A stretch of 44,475 nucleotides of DNA. It comes from Crocinitomicaceae bacterium. GTDB taxonomy: Bacteria; Bacteroidota; Bacteroidia; Flavobacteriales_D; Crocinitomicaceae. The notes under the pieces were generated by a model. It was not told where the DNA came from. It made no database searches and saw only the letters and a list, made by a program, of their open reading frames with translations. Made by a program: the position numbers and the translations under genes. This document shows positions 25,430 through 35,432 of this stretch, one piece after another. The stretch lies in the NCBI GenBank assembly GCA_965660955.1, contig CBFIBY010000004.1, positions 1 through 44,475 of the forward strand. The letters run 5' to 3'. Numbering within the stretch: position 1 is the first letter of the stretch; the number at the start of each line of letters is the position of its first letter.

Positions 25430-26809
25430 TCAAAGTATATTCAAGTCTGACTTCTTGATTTCTGTCTCAAGTCTTGTTCTTTCATCGGCTAAATCTTTCA
25501 AATCGGTTTCTTTAATTTTCCCTTTTCGTTTCCAAATGATATGAGCGCCATTGAACATCACCATGGCCAAAAAGAATACGCCGATTAAACTATAATATAA
25601 AACACCAAGCCACCAACTTGGGTAAACGAAGTGGTAGAATAAATAGATAAACGGAATATTAACCAAGCCCATTCCGATCATACCGAGCAACAATTTCACT
25701 GAGCCGTAAAATACGCTTCGGCGGAAAGATTTCTCAACAAAAGTCTTTACAATTTTGTACACAGGCCAGCAGTGCACCAAACCGAGAAACGCGAATGGAG
25801 CAAGTAAGATCATGCGAAGTAAGTTATTTGCTCTTGAGAATTTCCCTTTTTCTTGAAATTCAATGACATCTCTATCTTCGATATTCTTCGCTTTTAGTTT
25901 AGTATTAAAGCTTTCTAAGTGTTCCCGAAGAGTTGAAAACTCTTTTGAAATTCTTTCTTTATTCTCATTAAAAAAGAGAGCCAGTTTTTGTGAATTTCGC
26001 CAACGTTTTTCTAAAGGTATCGATCGATCACTCGATGTCGGGTGCATTCCGATACGTGTTATTTGTTGGACGGACTCATGGAAAGGCGCATCTTCAGCTT
26101 TTTCCACATGCGTAATTTGTTCCTGCATGCGTTTTTCAATTTCTTTGGTTAGGTCATTAATTACCTTGTTTGGATTGGCTTCATAGGCTTCACGATAATC
26201 ATTTAAACAGATTTTATCTGAGGTAGAAACGAGACAATCACTGCGCATTAAATTGGGACCTGTGTAATTCACTCCAACTGCGGCAATGTATATTTTCTTC
26301 TTCCAAGCGAATTTTTCTAAGGAATAAAAACCTATGCGCACCGCACCCTTTTTTACAGGTTTTAGCCGACGTATAAAAATATCGTCTGTGAATCCTTCTC
26401 CAAATATGAGCAAGTTTCTACCGAAATTTAAAATTTTTGCGCACGTGTCGAAAACCTCTTCGTTTTTCTTTTTAGTGTCCTCACCATCGTGTTGCCGATA
26501 AATAGGCAACATATGCGAAGCCCATAGAATCGGTTTCATAAATGTTGTAAACACATCTGCCCGCGTCATGAAAAATACAATCGGATTGCGCATGGAAGCA
26601 ACAACTAAGGGGTCCATAAAAGAAGCGGCATGATTTGATACATAGATTGTATTTCCGAAGAATTCTTTCGGTGAATTGAATACTGCTGTCGTTCTGAAAT
26701 AAATACGGAAGGCATATTTCAGGGTGAAGAATAAGACCAAATATAGAAAACGCATCATTCGTTGGTGAGTTTGGGGCAAAAATAATGATTTACCCAATTG
26801 CAATGTCAT
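25430..26809 (-). CDS. PlsC-like (lysophospholipid) acyltransferase family protein with long C-terminal extension and C-terminal TMs
   Basis: 459 aa. The acyltransferase blocks are SNHAASFMDP and IFGEGFT. A coiled, charged region follows, then hydrophobic helices (LLAPFAFLGLVHCW, LLLGMIGMGLVNIPFIYLFY, GVLYYSLIGVFFLAMVMF). Confidence 0.65.
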   Translation of the reverse strand: MTLQLGKSLFLPQTHQRMMRFLYLVLFFTLKYAFRIYFRTTAVFNSPKEFFGNTIYVSNHAASFMDPLVVASMRNPIVFFMTRADVFTTFMKPILWASHMLPIYRQHDGEDTKKKNEEVFDTCAKILNFGRNLLIFGEGFTDDIFIRRLKPVKKGAVRIGFYSLEKFAWKKKIYIAAVGVNYTGPNLMRSDCLVSTSDKICLNDYREAYEANPNKVINDLTKEIEKRMQEQITHVEKAEDAPFHESVQQITRIGMHPTSSDRSIPLEKRWRNSQKLALFFNENKERISKEFSTLREHLESFNTKLKAKNIEDRDVIEFQEKGKFSRANNLLRMILLAPFAFLGLVHCWPVYKIVKTFVEKSFRRSVFYGSVKLLLGMIGMGLVNIPFIYLFYHFVYPSWWLGVLYYSLIGVFFLAMVMFNGAHIIWKRKGKIKETDLKDLADERTRLETEIKKSDLNIL

Positions 26810-26885
26810 CTATGGCAATTCACTGTTTACAAACAAGTGCTTAAAACTTTTGGATTGGAAAGAAAATTACTGTTCTGATTGTATA

Positions 26886-26893
26886 TAACTTTG
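26886..26893 (+). promoter_or_regulatory. Candidate -7 box (TAACTTTG) for ddl
   Basis: It matches TAnnTTTG and lies 19 nt upstream of ATG 26913. Confidence 0.35.
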
Positions 26894-26912
26894 TTTAATT
26901 AATTCTGTAGCT

Positions 26913-27878
26913 ATGAAAAGAATTGGAATTTTTTGTGGTGGTTTTTCTTCGGAATTTGATATTTCGATGAATAGTGCGAAGAATATTTTAGATAGTCTTC
27001 CTAAATCGTATGACACCTTTTTAATAGTAGTCCGAAGAGGTGATTGGAGAGCTTTGTATAAAGGAGATGAATGTTCTCTAGACTTGAACGATGTAACTTT
27101 CACCTATCAAGGAGAAAAACTTGATTTGGATTATGGATTGGTATTCATACATGGCAATCCGGGTGAAAATGGAAAAATTCAAGCTTTTTTGGAGATGAAA
27201 CAAATTCCTTGTATTAATTCTGGTGCACTGGCCTCTGAATTGTCTTTTGATAAGTGGTTTTGCAACCAATTCCTTCGTGGATTCAATGTACATGTAGCGA
27301 AATCAGTTTTACTTCATGCCGATAAAAAACTTTCTCCAGATGAAATTGTTCAAAAATTGGGATTACCCGTTTTTGTGAAACCTTCAGACAGTGGCTCGAG
27401 TTTTGGAATTTCAAAAGTTAAAACAGTAGAAGATTTGCCTCATGCGATTGAGGAAGCTTTCAGAGAAGGTGAAACGGTTGTGGTTGAAGCTTTTTTAGGA
27501 GGAACGGAAGTCACTTGTGGTGTTTATCGCGGTGTTGATGGGATTAAAGCTTTGCCTATGACCGAAATTGTGGTGGAAGGAGAATTTTTCGATTACGAAG
27601 CTAAATACCAAGGGAAATCCAACGAAATTACCCCAGCTCGAATTTCAAATGAGATGACGGAGAAAATTCAAGAAATGACAAAGTCGATTTATAAAATTTT
27701 GCGTTTAAGGTCGATCGCACGAGTTGACTATATGATTGTCAATAACATTCCATACGTCATTGAAGTGAATACGACTCCTGGTTTTTCGAATGAATCTATT
27801 GTACCCAAAATGATTGCCGCAAAAGGCCTAACGAACTCAGAGTTCTGGACAGAAATCTTATCTGTTGAAACGGCTTAA
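26913..27878 (+). CDS. ddl: D-alanine--D-alanine ligase
   Basis: 321 aa. The N-terminus is IGIFCGGFSSEFDIS, with an ATP-grasp core (PVFVKPSDSGSSFGISKV) and the block EVNTTPGFS. Confidence 0.92.
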   Translation: MKRIGIFCGGFSSEFDISMNSAKNILDSLPKSYDTFLIVVRRGDWRALYKGDECSLDLNDVTFTYQGEKLDLDYGLVFIHGNPGENGKIQAFLEMKQIPCINSGALASELSFDKWFCNQFLRGFNVHVAKSVLLHADKKLSPDEIVQKLGLPVFVKPSDSGSSFGISKVKTVEDLPHAIEEAFREGETVVVEAFLGGTEVTCGVYRGVDGIKALPMTEIVVEGEFFDYEAKYQGKSNEITPARISNEMTEKIQEMTKSIYKILRLRSIARVDYMIVNNIPYVIEVNTTPGFSNESIVPKMIAAKGLTNSEFWTEILSVETA

Positions 27879-29338
27879 TAAATCGCCATGGCATTGAATA
27901 TTTTTGTCATTTGCTTTACAACCGCTGAATTGGAGCAGTTGTAATTGTTTACGATAATTGAGAAAGAAAGTGTTTTGTTCCCTTTCGTCATAACGTATCC
28001 AGCATATGACTTCACTCTTGTCATCGTTCCACTTTTTGCAAAAACTCGACCTTCAGCTACTTGTCCTTTGCACACATTTTTTAAAGTGCCACTCACACCA
28101 GCTATGGGCAAAGTAGATTTAAAAATGCTGAACTTGTCACTTTTTGACATATAATTGAGTAGCTGACAAAACTGGCTACTCGTCAAGGCATTGGAACGCG
28201 ATAATCCGCTTCCATCTTTTAAATGCAAATATTTTTGATCGAGCTTGTCTTTCCAAAAATCGACCATTACATCAATACCGGCATTTGTTGATCCGATCCC
28301 TTTTTCTTCGTATCCAATTAAACAAACCAATTGCTCAGCGAAAATATTGACACTTTTCATATTGGTGTGGAATGAAATATCCTCAATGCTATTTCCTTCC
28401 CATGTTTTCAAAAGCGTCAGGTTCTTGAAGTTTGTTTGTTCCAGACCAGACAATAGTCGATTCCTATTGTTATCATAACCATTTGTCACTTTTACTCCAC
28501 TCGATAAAATAGCATCATACAACTTGGTTGAAAGCAGTTTTTCTGGGTTGGGAATAGACCCTTTAACCTTGTAATTTCTTCTTCCATATGGCAATGAACC
28601 CGAGGCATATGCATCTTGTGAGTAGGGGGCACAGTATATCAAGCTATTATCACCTGAAACTTTTTCACCCGTTATATCATTCATTAATCGCAATCCTTCA
28701 ATTTTCGGATCTGTTCGAAGTAATTTGGCCTTATCTCCAACACGGGCCGTTTCAAAATAATAATTCAATATGTTGTCGTTAATAATAACAGCTGAAGGAC
28801 CAGCTCCATAATAATTACCCATATCGCTCCAGTTCCAACCATCCGGACAACCTTGGTAGCCGAATGCTGACCCATCAACAATGATCTTACCTTGAACTTC
28901 TTTAATACCCATTGCTTTTATATCACCTACCCAATTGTCTAAATATTCCTCGCTTTTTGAAGCGTCTGTAAAATACTTGCTACCCAATGTTGGATCCCCT
29001 AAGGCGCGGACATACAGATTGCCAACAAGAACACCACTCGGGTCAACTTCCCCATTTGTGTACAATTCTGTCTTCGGACGGTAATCATGTCCAAGTATCT
29101 CGAAGGCCGAAGCGGTCGAAAATAGCTTAGCTGTACTCGCAGGACTGAGTGCTAAATCACTGTTATGAGAGGCAATAGGACTATTGTTAGCCGTATTTTT
29201 TATTGTGATTGAAATGCCTGCATTTCTAAAAGCCCAATATTTGGCAAAGTCATTCACAACAGATTGTACAGATGTTTGCCCAAAAACGAAATTAGGTAGG
29301 ACAAAAAGGATGAGAAAAATTCTTTTTTTCATAAACAT
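27875..29338 (-). CDS. dacB: D-alanyl-D-alanine carboxypeptidase/endopeptidase, PBP4 (peptidase S13) family
   Basis: 487 aa with a signal peptide. The SxxK motif is in SPASTAKL, an SxN-like DGSGLS block is present, and K-[ST]-G is in AKSGTM. The stop overlaps the ddl stop within TTAA. Confidence 0.8.
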   Translation of the reverse strand: MFMKKRIFLILFVLPNFVFGQTSVQSVVNDFAKYWAFRNAGISITIKNTANNSPIASHNSDLALSPASTAKLFSTASAFEILGHDYRPKTELYTNGEVDPSGVLVGNLYVRALGDPTLGSKYFTDASKSEEYLDNWVGDIKAMGIKEVQGKIIVDGSAFGYQGCPDGWNWSDMGNYYGAGPSAVIINDNILNYYFETARVGDKAKLLRTDPKIEGLRLMNDITGEKVSGDNSLIYCAPYSQDAYASGSLPYGRRNYKVKGSIPNPEKLLSTKLYDAILSSGVKVTNGYDNNRNRLLSGLEQTNFKNLTLLKTWEGNSIEDISFHTNMKSVNIFAEQLVCLIGYEEKGIGSTNAGIDVMVDFWKDKLDQKYLHLKDGSGLSRSNALTSSQFCQLLNYMSKSDKFSIFKSTLPIAGVSGTLKNVCKGQVAEGRVFAKSGTMTRVKSYAGYVMTKGNKTLSFSIIVNNYNCSNSAVVKQMTKIFNAMAIY

Positions 29339-29494
29339 TTTTTATTTCAATTAGCAATGTCCAAGTATTATGCCGAAGTTAGATACGGTGCTATTCGTTT
29401 TACGCCGTTCTGGTGTGATTGTTCCAAAATTGAAGTAGAATAGTCAATTCAATTGCTGAGATTAGCGTAAATTCGTGTTTTGTTAGCAAATAAC

Positions 29495-30658
29495 ATGACG
29501 AAAATTTTACGTGTTTTAAATAGATTCAATTTAGGCGGCCCCACTTTTAATGTGACCTACCTAACGCGTTATTTGCCTGAAGAATATCAGACGATATTGG
29601 TTGGGGGTGAACCTGAAAAAGGTGAAACGGATTCCCTTCATATTTTGGAAGAAGATGGCGTTAAACCAATTATTCTTCCAGAATTGAAAAGAAACCCGAA
29701 TTTGTTTGATGACATTAAGGCTTATCGAGCTTTGAGGAGATTGATTCGAGAACATCGACCGGAAATCGTTCACACGCATGCTGCAAAAGCTGGAGCTCTT
29801 GGGAGGTTGGCGGCAATTCACGAGAAGGTTCCCATTATCGTACATACGTTTCATGGACATGTTTTTAAAGGATACTTCATCAAACCAATTACACGGGTGT
29901 TCATAGGTATTGAACGCTGGTTAGCAAAACGTTCGTCAGCAATAATCGCCATTTCAGAAGAGCAAAAAAAGGACTTAAGTGAAGTGCATAAAATTTGCAC
30001 TTCGGACAAAGTAAAAGTAATCGAACTAGGATTTGATTTGCAACGTTTTCAGGAGAACAAAGGGGAGAATAGAAAAATGGTTCGAGCAAAGTACGACTTG
30101 GATTCAGACGAAATTGCCGTTGCTATTGTTGGACGATTGGCTCCGATTAAAAATCATGGGATGTTCATCGAAGTTTTAAAGAGAGTTCAAACAAAGACTA
30201 CAAAAAAGGTGCATGCATTTATTGTGGGTGATGGCCTGGAGAGGAAGAAACTTGAAGTTCTCGCCCAAAATATTGAGCAAAATGACACCTTTAACATCTC
30301 TTTCACATCGTGGATAGAAGATATTGCTACCTTCAACACAGGAATGGATATCATGTGTTTAACCTCGTTAAATGAAGGAACACCCGTTAGTTTGATTGAA
30401 GCACAAGCCTCCAATTTACCTATCGTCAGTACAAATGTTGGTGGGGTGAAAAGTGTTTTTGAAGATGGTAAATCAGGTTATCTTGTAGAAAGTGAGGATG
30501 TTGATTCTTTCGCTGAAAAATTACTAGATTTAATCGAAAACGATGAAAAACGCCAAAAAATGTCACAAAATGGCTGGACTTTCGTAAGAGATAAATATGA
30601 CTATAAAACTTTAGTCGCCAATATGGACAAATTATATGCAGAATTACGCCATGAATAA
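29495..30658 (+). CDS. Glycosyltransferase family 4 (GT-B, group 1)
   Basis: ATG 29495 gives MTKILRVLNRFNLGGP. The block HTHAAKAGALGR and the C-terminal EX7E region (NEGTPVSLIEAQAS) are present. Confidence 0.85.
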   Translation: MTKILRVLNRFNLGGPTFNVTYLTRYLPEEYQTILVGGEPEKGETDSLHILEEDGVKPIILPELKRNPNLFDDIKAYRALRRLIREHRPEIVHTHAAKAGALGRLAAIHEKVPIIVHTFHGHVFKGYFIKPITRVFIGIERWLAKRSSAIIAISEEQKKDLSEVHKICTSDKVKVIELGFDLQRFQENKGENRKMVRAKYDLDSDEIAVAIVGRLAPIKNHGMFIEVLKRVQTKTTKKVHAFIVGDGLERKKLEVLAQNIEQNDTFNISFTSWIEDIATFNTGMDIMCLTSLNEGTPVSLIEAQASNLPIVSTNVGGVKSVFEDGKSGYLVESEDVDSFAEKLLDLIENDEKRQKMSQNGWTFVRDKYDYKTLVANMDKLYAELRHE

Positions 30659-31433
30659 GGTATTTGCGTCTTTAAAACAATTCTCATTTTTGGGATTGAT
30701 TTTGACTCTCGTCTTTTTACAAAGTTGTGGGGTAAATAGCAATGTCATGTTAAAAGCGCCAAAAGGTGAACATGCGAATATCGATTCACTACCCTTACGA
30801 CCAATTACAGAATACCAAATTGGAACAGAAGACAAAATAATATTTTCAATTTCCACGAATGATGGAACGAAATTGATTGAGTCTTTGTCTAATGTTTCGG
30901 ATAAGGGTGTTAATGCTGGTTTTTCACCTGAGTTTGTTGTTCGACCAGATTCTACCGTTGATTTTCCAGTAATAGGTAGAGTAGTTGTCGCTGGATTAAC
31001 TATTCCACAATGTGAAAAGAAGCTTTCTACTGAATTTTCAAAGACGTATCAGAGCCCTTTTGTACAAGTTAGAATTACGAATCAAAGAGTAATTGTTTTC
31101 CCAGGTGGGGGAGGAGATGCGAAGGTAATTCCACTGCTGAATTCCAACACCACATTAATGGAAGCCATCGCCCAAGCTGGTGGAATACCAGATCGTGGAA
31201 ATGCAAGTATCGTTAAACTAATGCGAAAAGAAAACGGTGTGCGCAAAGTGTATACCATTGACTTGAGTACAGAAGAAGGTTTGAAGTTTACTGATGTTGT
31301 ATTACAAGCGAATGATTATGTATACGTCGAACCGAATCCACAAGTAGGAAGAGAAATTGTGAAAGAAGCGGCGCCAATTGTCTCCCTAATTGCAAGCGTT
31401 TTAATCATAATTACCTTTATAAATAGATTGTAA
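30636..31433 (+). CDS. wza: Polysaccharide export outer-membrane lipoprotein (Wza family)
   Basis: It has the lipobox LVFLQSCG, a Poly_export-like N-domain and an SLBB-like segment (LMEAIAQAGGIPDRGN). It lies directly upstream of wzc. An alternative ATG is at 30651. Confidence 0.78.
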   Translation: MQNYAMNKVFASLKQFSFLGLILTLVFLQSCGVNSNVMLKAPKGEHANIDSLPLRPITEYQIGTEDKIIFSISTNDGTKLIESLSNVSDKGVNAGFSPEFVVRPDSTVDFPVIGRVVVAGLTIPQCEKKLSTEFSKTYQSPFVQVRITNQRVIVFPGGGGDAKVIPLLNSNTTLMEAIAQAGGIPDRGNASIVKLMRKENGVRKVYTIDLSTEEGLKFTDVVLQANDYVYVEPNPQVGREIVKEAAPIVSLIASVLIIITFINRL

Positions 31434-31434
31434 G

Positions 31435-33798
31435 ATGGCAGAATCGTTTTTTATAACGAAAGATTATGATGTTAATGTGGTGAAGACCATATTGAAAAGA
31501 AGGTGGTGGGTACCTCTGCTATGCGTCGGCTTTTTTATGCTTTCCGCTTTCATCTATTTGCGGTATACGAAACCTGTTTACCAGTCGTCACTCTTAATAC
31601 AATTGGAAGATCAGGACAATGCCAAAAACTTACTCGACATTGAGAATGTCAATGCGAATCCAAGCGATTTAAGCTCGGACGTTGAGCTCTTACGTTCACA
31701 GTTGCTTTTTGAGAGAGCACTGAAGAAATTAGGTGTCAATGTTAGTTTATATCATCAAGGAAATATTCTAACCGAAGAAAAATACCTTACGAGTGTATTC
31801 AACGTGCAGCCATATGGATTAATGGATTCTAGCTTGATAAATATTCCAATCTACGTTGAATTCAATGGGGATAAAGTGCAATTGAATTACACCTTGGGTA
31901 AAAATTCCTATTCACCTTCTGGAAAGGTAAATGAGCATATAAAAGGCAAACATTTCGATGTGGTTGTTAAAATTGTCGATAAGAAAACACTGGAAGGTAA
32001 TTCAAAAGATGATATCCTGTTTTTCACCTTCAACAGTGTTGAAACAATGTCTTCTAAATTTTTATCGAATCTTACCGTTCGAGTGGCAGATCCGAATGCC
32101 AAAACGATAGATATAAATTTTGAAGCGTATAATCCACGGTTTTGCACAGACATGGTAAATGCCATCGCAGAAAGTTTTTTTGAGTATGATCTTGAACAGA
32201 AAAGACAAGGCTCGGAGAATATTCTGCGTTTTATTGACGGTCAATTGGACAGTCTCAGTCAAGAATTGAAAACTTCTAAAGATAGTTTGGTTGGGTATCA
32301 GCGTTCAGCGCAAATTTCAGATCCTGATTTTATGAATTCTGAATTGTCGAATAATGCTAGCCGATTGCAAGATCAATTATTCTTAATTGAGGATGAATTG
32401 AGCGGTTTGAATTCTGTGAATTCGAAGCTGTCACGTGAACCTAACCGTTTGGAGATTTATCGTCTTTTACCAGAGATGTTGGGGAAAAGCTATGAATCAT
32501 CTCTCTCCCGACAAATTGAAGATTTACACGAGTTGTTAGAGAGAAAAGAAGATCTTTTATTTAGCGTAACACCCGAAAACCCAGAAATCAAAGCGCTAAA
32601 CAGTAAAGTTAAATCTCGCACACAGTCCATTCGAAAAAGTGTGGAGGCCGTCCGCAGTCGATTAATGGGTAATGCCAAAGTAATTCGCTCAAAACTGAAT
32701 AAAATAGAAGGGACGTTATTTTCAATGCCTGAAAAGAAAATGGAATTCGGTCGTTTAAAAGGTATTCAGGAGCTGAATGACAAGTATTATAGCTTGTTGA
32801 CAGAGAAGAAAGTAATGTATGCCATTTCTGATGCAGGATATTCTTCTTCAAATCGAATATTGAAACGAGCTGAGGTAAACTTAAACCCAGTCAAACCAAA
32901 TTCAAGAAAAATTTATGGAGCCTTTTTAGGTTTCGGTTTCATCCTTGGGATGATATTATTGTTCTTAAGTTATGTTCGTTTCAATGAAATCAATTATTCC
33001 GAAGATTTAAAGAAGCTCTTACCAAAGAATATTTTCCATTTGGGAGCTATTCCATTGTTAAAAACCGATATGGATTTTTCCGAAATCATGGTGAATAAAA
33101 CACCAAATTCAATGGTTTCTGAAACGCTTCGGAATATAAGGACAAACCTGAATTTTGTATATCCAGATTACAAAACCATAGCGATCTCTTCTTCCGTTTC
33201 GGGAGAAGGAAAGACATTTATTGCATTGAATTTATCGGCTATTGTCGCTATTTCAGGTAAGAAAACAGTGCTTTTGGATCTGGATTTGAGAAAGCCGAAG
33301 GTTCATTTCGCCTTCAACAATGACAATTCAAAAGGAATGAGTAATGTCCTCATTGGCGAAACTACTTGGAAAGAGTGTCTTCGTCATTCAGATTTTGAGA
33401 ATTTGGATTATCTAACGGCCGGACCAACGCCACCCAATCCATCCGAATTGATGCTCAGTAAAAAACTCACGGAGGTACTCGAGGAATTAGGCAAAGAATA
33501 CGATGTAATCATCATTGACAATCCGCCAGTTGGTGTAGTTTCCGATGGTGTACAGCTGCTTTCAAAAGCGGACATTCCAATTTATATTTTCAAATCACAC
33601 TTCTCTAAACGAAGCTTTATCGAACGAGTTGAAGAATTGATTGATGTGCAGAAAGTGGAGAATCTGAGCGTCATTCTGAATGGTGAGGTCGGAAATAGAA
33701 AATCATATGGATACAACTACGGGAATGAAAAATATTTTGAATCAGAGCCAAAGAGAAAAACGTTTTTAAGACGTATCTTTGGCCGATGGATTTCCTAA
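31435..33798 (+). CDS. wzc: Wzc-type polysaccharide co-polymerase / BY-tyrosine kinase
   Basis: 787 aa. There are two TMs around a coiled periplasmic domain. Walker A is SSVSGEGKTF, Walker A' is LLDLDLRKP and Walker B is VIIIDNPP. The C-terminal Tyr cluster is SYGYNYGNEKY. Confidence 0.87.
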   Translation: MAESFFITKDYDVNVVKTILKRRWWVPLLCVGFFMLSAFIYLRYTKPVYQSSLLIQLEDQDNAKNLLDIENVNANPSDLSSDVELLRSQLLFERALKKLGVNVSLYHQGNILTEEKYLTSVFNVQPYGLMDSSLINIPIYVEFNGDKVQLNYTLGKNSYSPSGKVNEHIKGKHFDVVVKIVDKKTLEGNSKDDILFFTFNSVETMSSKFLSNLTVRVADPNAKTIDINFEAYNPRFCTDMVNAIAESFFEYDLEQKRQGSENILRFIDGQLDSLSQELKTSKDSLVGYQRSAQISDPDFMNSELSNNASRLQDQLFLIEDELSGLNSVNSKLSREPNRLEIYRLLPEMLGKSYESSLSRQIEDLHELLERKEDLLFSVTPENPEIKALNSKVKSRTQSIRKSVEAVRSRLMGNAKVIRSKLNKIEGTLFSMPEKKMEFGRLKGIQELNDKYYSLLTEKKVMYAISDAGYSSSNRILKRAEVNLNPVKPNSRKIYGAFLGFGFILGMILLFLSYVRFNEINYSEDLKKLLPKNIFHLGAIPLLKTDMDFSEIMVNKTPNSMVSETLRNIRTNLNFVYPDYKTIAISSSVSGEGKTFIALNLSAIVAISGKKTVLLDLDLRKPKVHFAFNNDNSKGMSNVLIGETTWKECLRHSDFENLDYLTAGPTPPNPSELMLSKKLTEVLEELGKEYDVIIIDNPPVGVVSDGVQLLSKADIPIYIFKSHFSKRSFIERVEELIDVQKVENLSVILNGEVGNRKSYGYNYGNEKYFESEPKRKTFLRRIFGRWIS

Positions 33799-34331
33799 AA
33801 TGTAGATTAAATGACCTTTTTATCCTTGAACCAAATGTTTTTGGTGATGAACGAGGGTATTTCTTCGAAAGTTTCAATCAACTCGAATTTGAAAAAGCAA
33901 TTGGTAGAAAAGTAAGTTTTTGTCAAGATAATCAATCACTTTCTAATGAGGGAGTTGTGCGAGGATTGCATTTTCAATCACCACCACATGCTCAAGGTAA
34001 ATTGGTCCGTGTAACGCAAGGAAGCGTTTTGGATGTGGTGGTTGACATTCGACCTGCTTCATCTACATTTGGTCAGCATGAATCTTTTTTGTTGAGTGCA
34101 GAAAATAAGAGGCAGTTGTGGGTGCCTGAAGGATTTGCTCATGGATTTTCAACACTTGAGGACCAAACTATTTTTCAGTACAAATGCACAAATTATTACC
34201 ACCCGTCTTCTGAAATTTCAGTACTTTGGTCGGACGGAGATTTGAACATTGATTGGAAGGTTCAAGATGCCAAAATATCTGCTAAAGACCAATCGGGAAT
34301 CCCGTGGAAGGAATTTAATTCACCTTTTTAA
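33786..34331 (+). CDS. rfbC: dTDP-4-dehydrorhamnose 3,5-epimerase
   Basis: 181 aa with the blocks GDERGYFFESF, RGLHFQ and LWVPEGFAHGF. Confidence 0.92.
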   Translation: MDFLKCRLNDLFILEPNVFGDERGYFFESFNQLEFEKAIGRKVSFCQDNQSLSNEGVVRGLHFQSPPHAQGKLVRVTQGSVLDVVVDIRPASSTFGQHESFLLSAENKRQLWVPEGFAHGFSTLEDQTIFQYKCTNYYHPSSEISVLWSDGDLNIDWKVQDAKISAKDQSGIPWKEFNSPF

Positions 34332-35392
34332 TGACCATTGCATATCTTTTATTGGCGCTTGCTGTTAGCATTGTCATCGGTGTTGTCACGAATTCTTTGG
34401 TAATCAACTTTGCCAAAACGCTTGGAATTCGCAACAAGAATGATGTTACCGTTCGTTGGAGCAACGAGTCTAAACCTTCCTTGGGAGGCATCAGTATGTT
34501 CTTCGTTTTCTTGGTTAGCGGATTTGTTTTTGCTCTACTCTTTACAGAAGAATTGGTTTTCATTCAGACAGAATTCATTGGCTTAGTTTGTGCTACTTCG
34601 CTTGCTTTTGCGATGGGAATCTCAGACGACGCCTACGATACGAAACCATTACTAAAACTTTCAGCCCAAATTGCCTGTGGGGTAATTTTTGCATTTACAG
34701 GAAACAATGTGGAATTATTTACGTCAGATGTTGCGAATATAACAATCACAATATTGTGGGTGGTTACATTAATGAATTCCTTGAATATGCTGGACAACAT
34801 GGATGGAATTACAGGCACTGTTACGCTGTTTGCATTGCTTTCATGTTTGTTATTGTATTGGATGTCGAATGGATATTTTTTAAGCATTTGGACACTTCTA
34901 ATGGTTGCGTGCATTGGAGCTATGGTGGCTTTTCTTTGGTATAATGTTCACCCATCTAAAATGTTCATGGGTGATGGGGGAAGTCAATTCGTTGGCGTAA
35001 TCGTTGCTTTTTTTACAATTAAAGTTTTGTTTTCTGGTGAATTGTTTACACATGATAGTTCACTCGTTGGACCTACTCTTGCCTTGATAATTTTAACCCC
35101 AGCAGCTGCGGATACGCTCACGGTCGTCATCAATCGATTAAAAAAAGGAAAATCACCAATGGTTGGGGGGAAAGATCATACGACACATCATCTGGTGTAT
35201 TCTGGAAAATCCGATAAACAAGTTTGGTACGTGTTTTTAGTTTTGAGTGTTCTTTCCTCTTGTGTGGCACTTCTTATTTTTCAATTTGCTCTTGAAAAGC
35301 AATACATCGCTATCTCGCTCGGTTTTGCCTATTTCTTGATCGTGTTTGGATACTTGTATCGAAACACAATTAAGTATAAACAAAAGGTGTGA
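34331..35392 (+). CDS. Undecaprenyl-phosphate sugar-1-phosphate transferase, MraY/WecA (GT4 polyprenyl-P) family
   Basis: 353 aa with about 10 TMs. The blocks are ISDDAYD, MNSLNMLDNMDGITG and MGDGGSQFVG. The start overlaps the rfbC stop (TAATG). Confidence 0.8.
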   Translation: MTIAYLLLALAVSIVIGVVTNSLVINFAKTLGIRNKNDVTVRWSNESKPSLGGISMFFVFLVSGFVFALLFTEELVFIQTEFIGLVCATSLAFAMGISDDAYDTKPLLKLSAQIACGVIFAFTGNNVELFTSDVANITITILWVVTLMNSLNMLDNMDGITGTVTLFALLSCLLLYWMSNGYFLSIWTLLMVACIGAMVAFLWYNVHPSKMFMGDGGSQFVGVIVAFFTIKVLFSGELFTHDSSLVGPTLALIILTPAAADTLTVVINRLKKGKSPMVGGKDHTTHHLVYSGKSDKQVWYVFLVLSVLSSCVALLIFQFALEKQYIAISLGFAYFLIVFGYLYRNTIKYKQKV

Positions 35393-35432
35393 TTCACTCC
35401 GAATTGCTAAATTTGATATTCAATTTTTTAGC

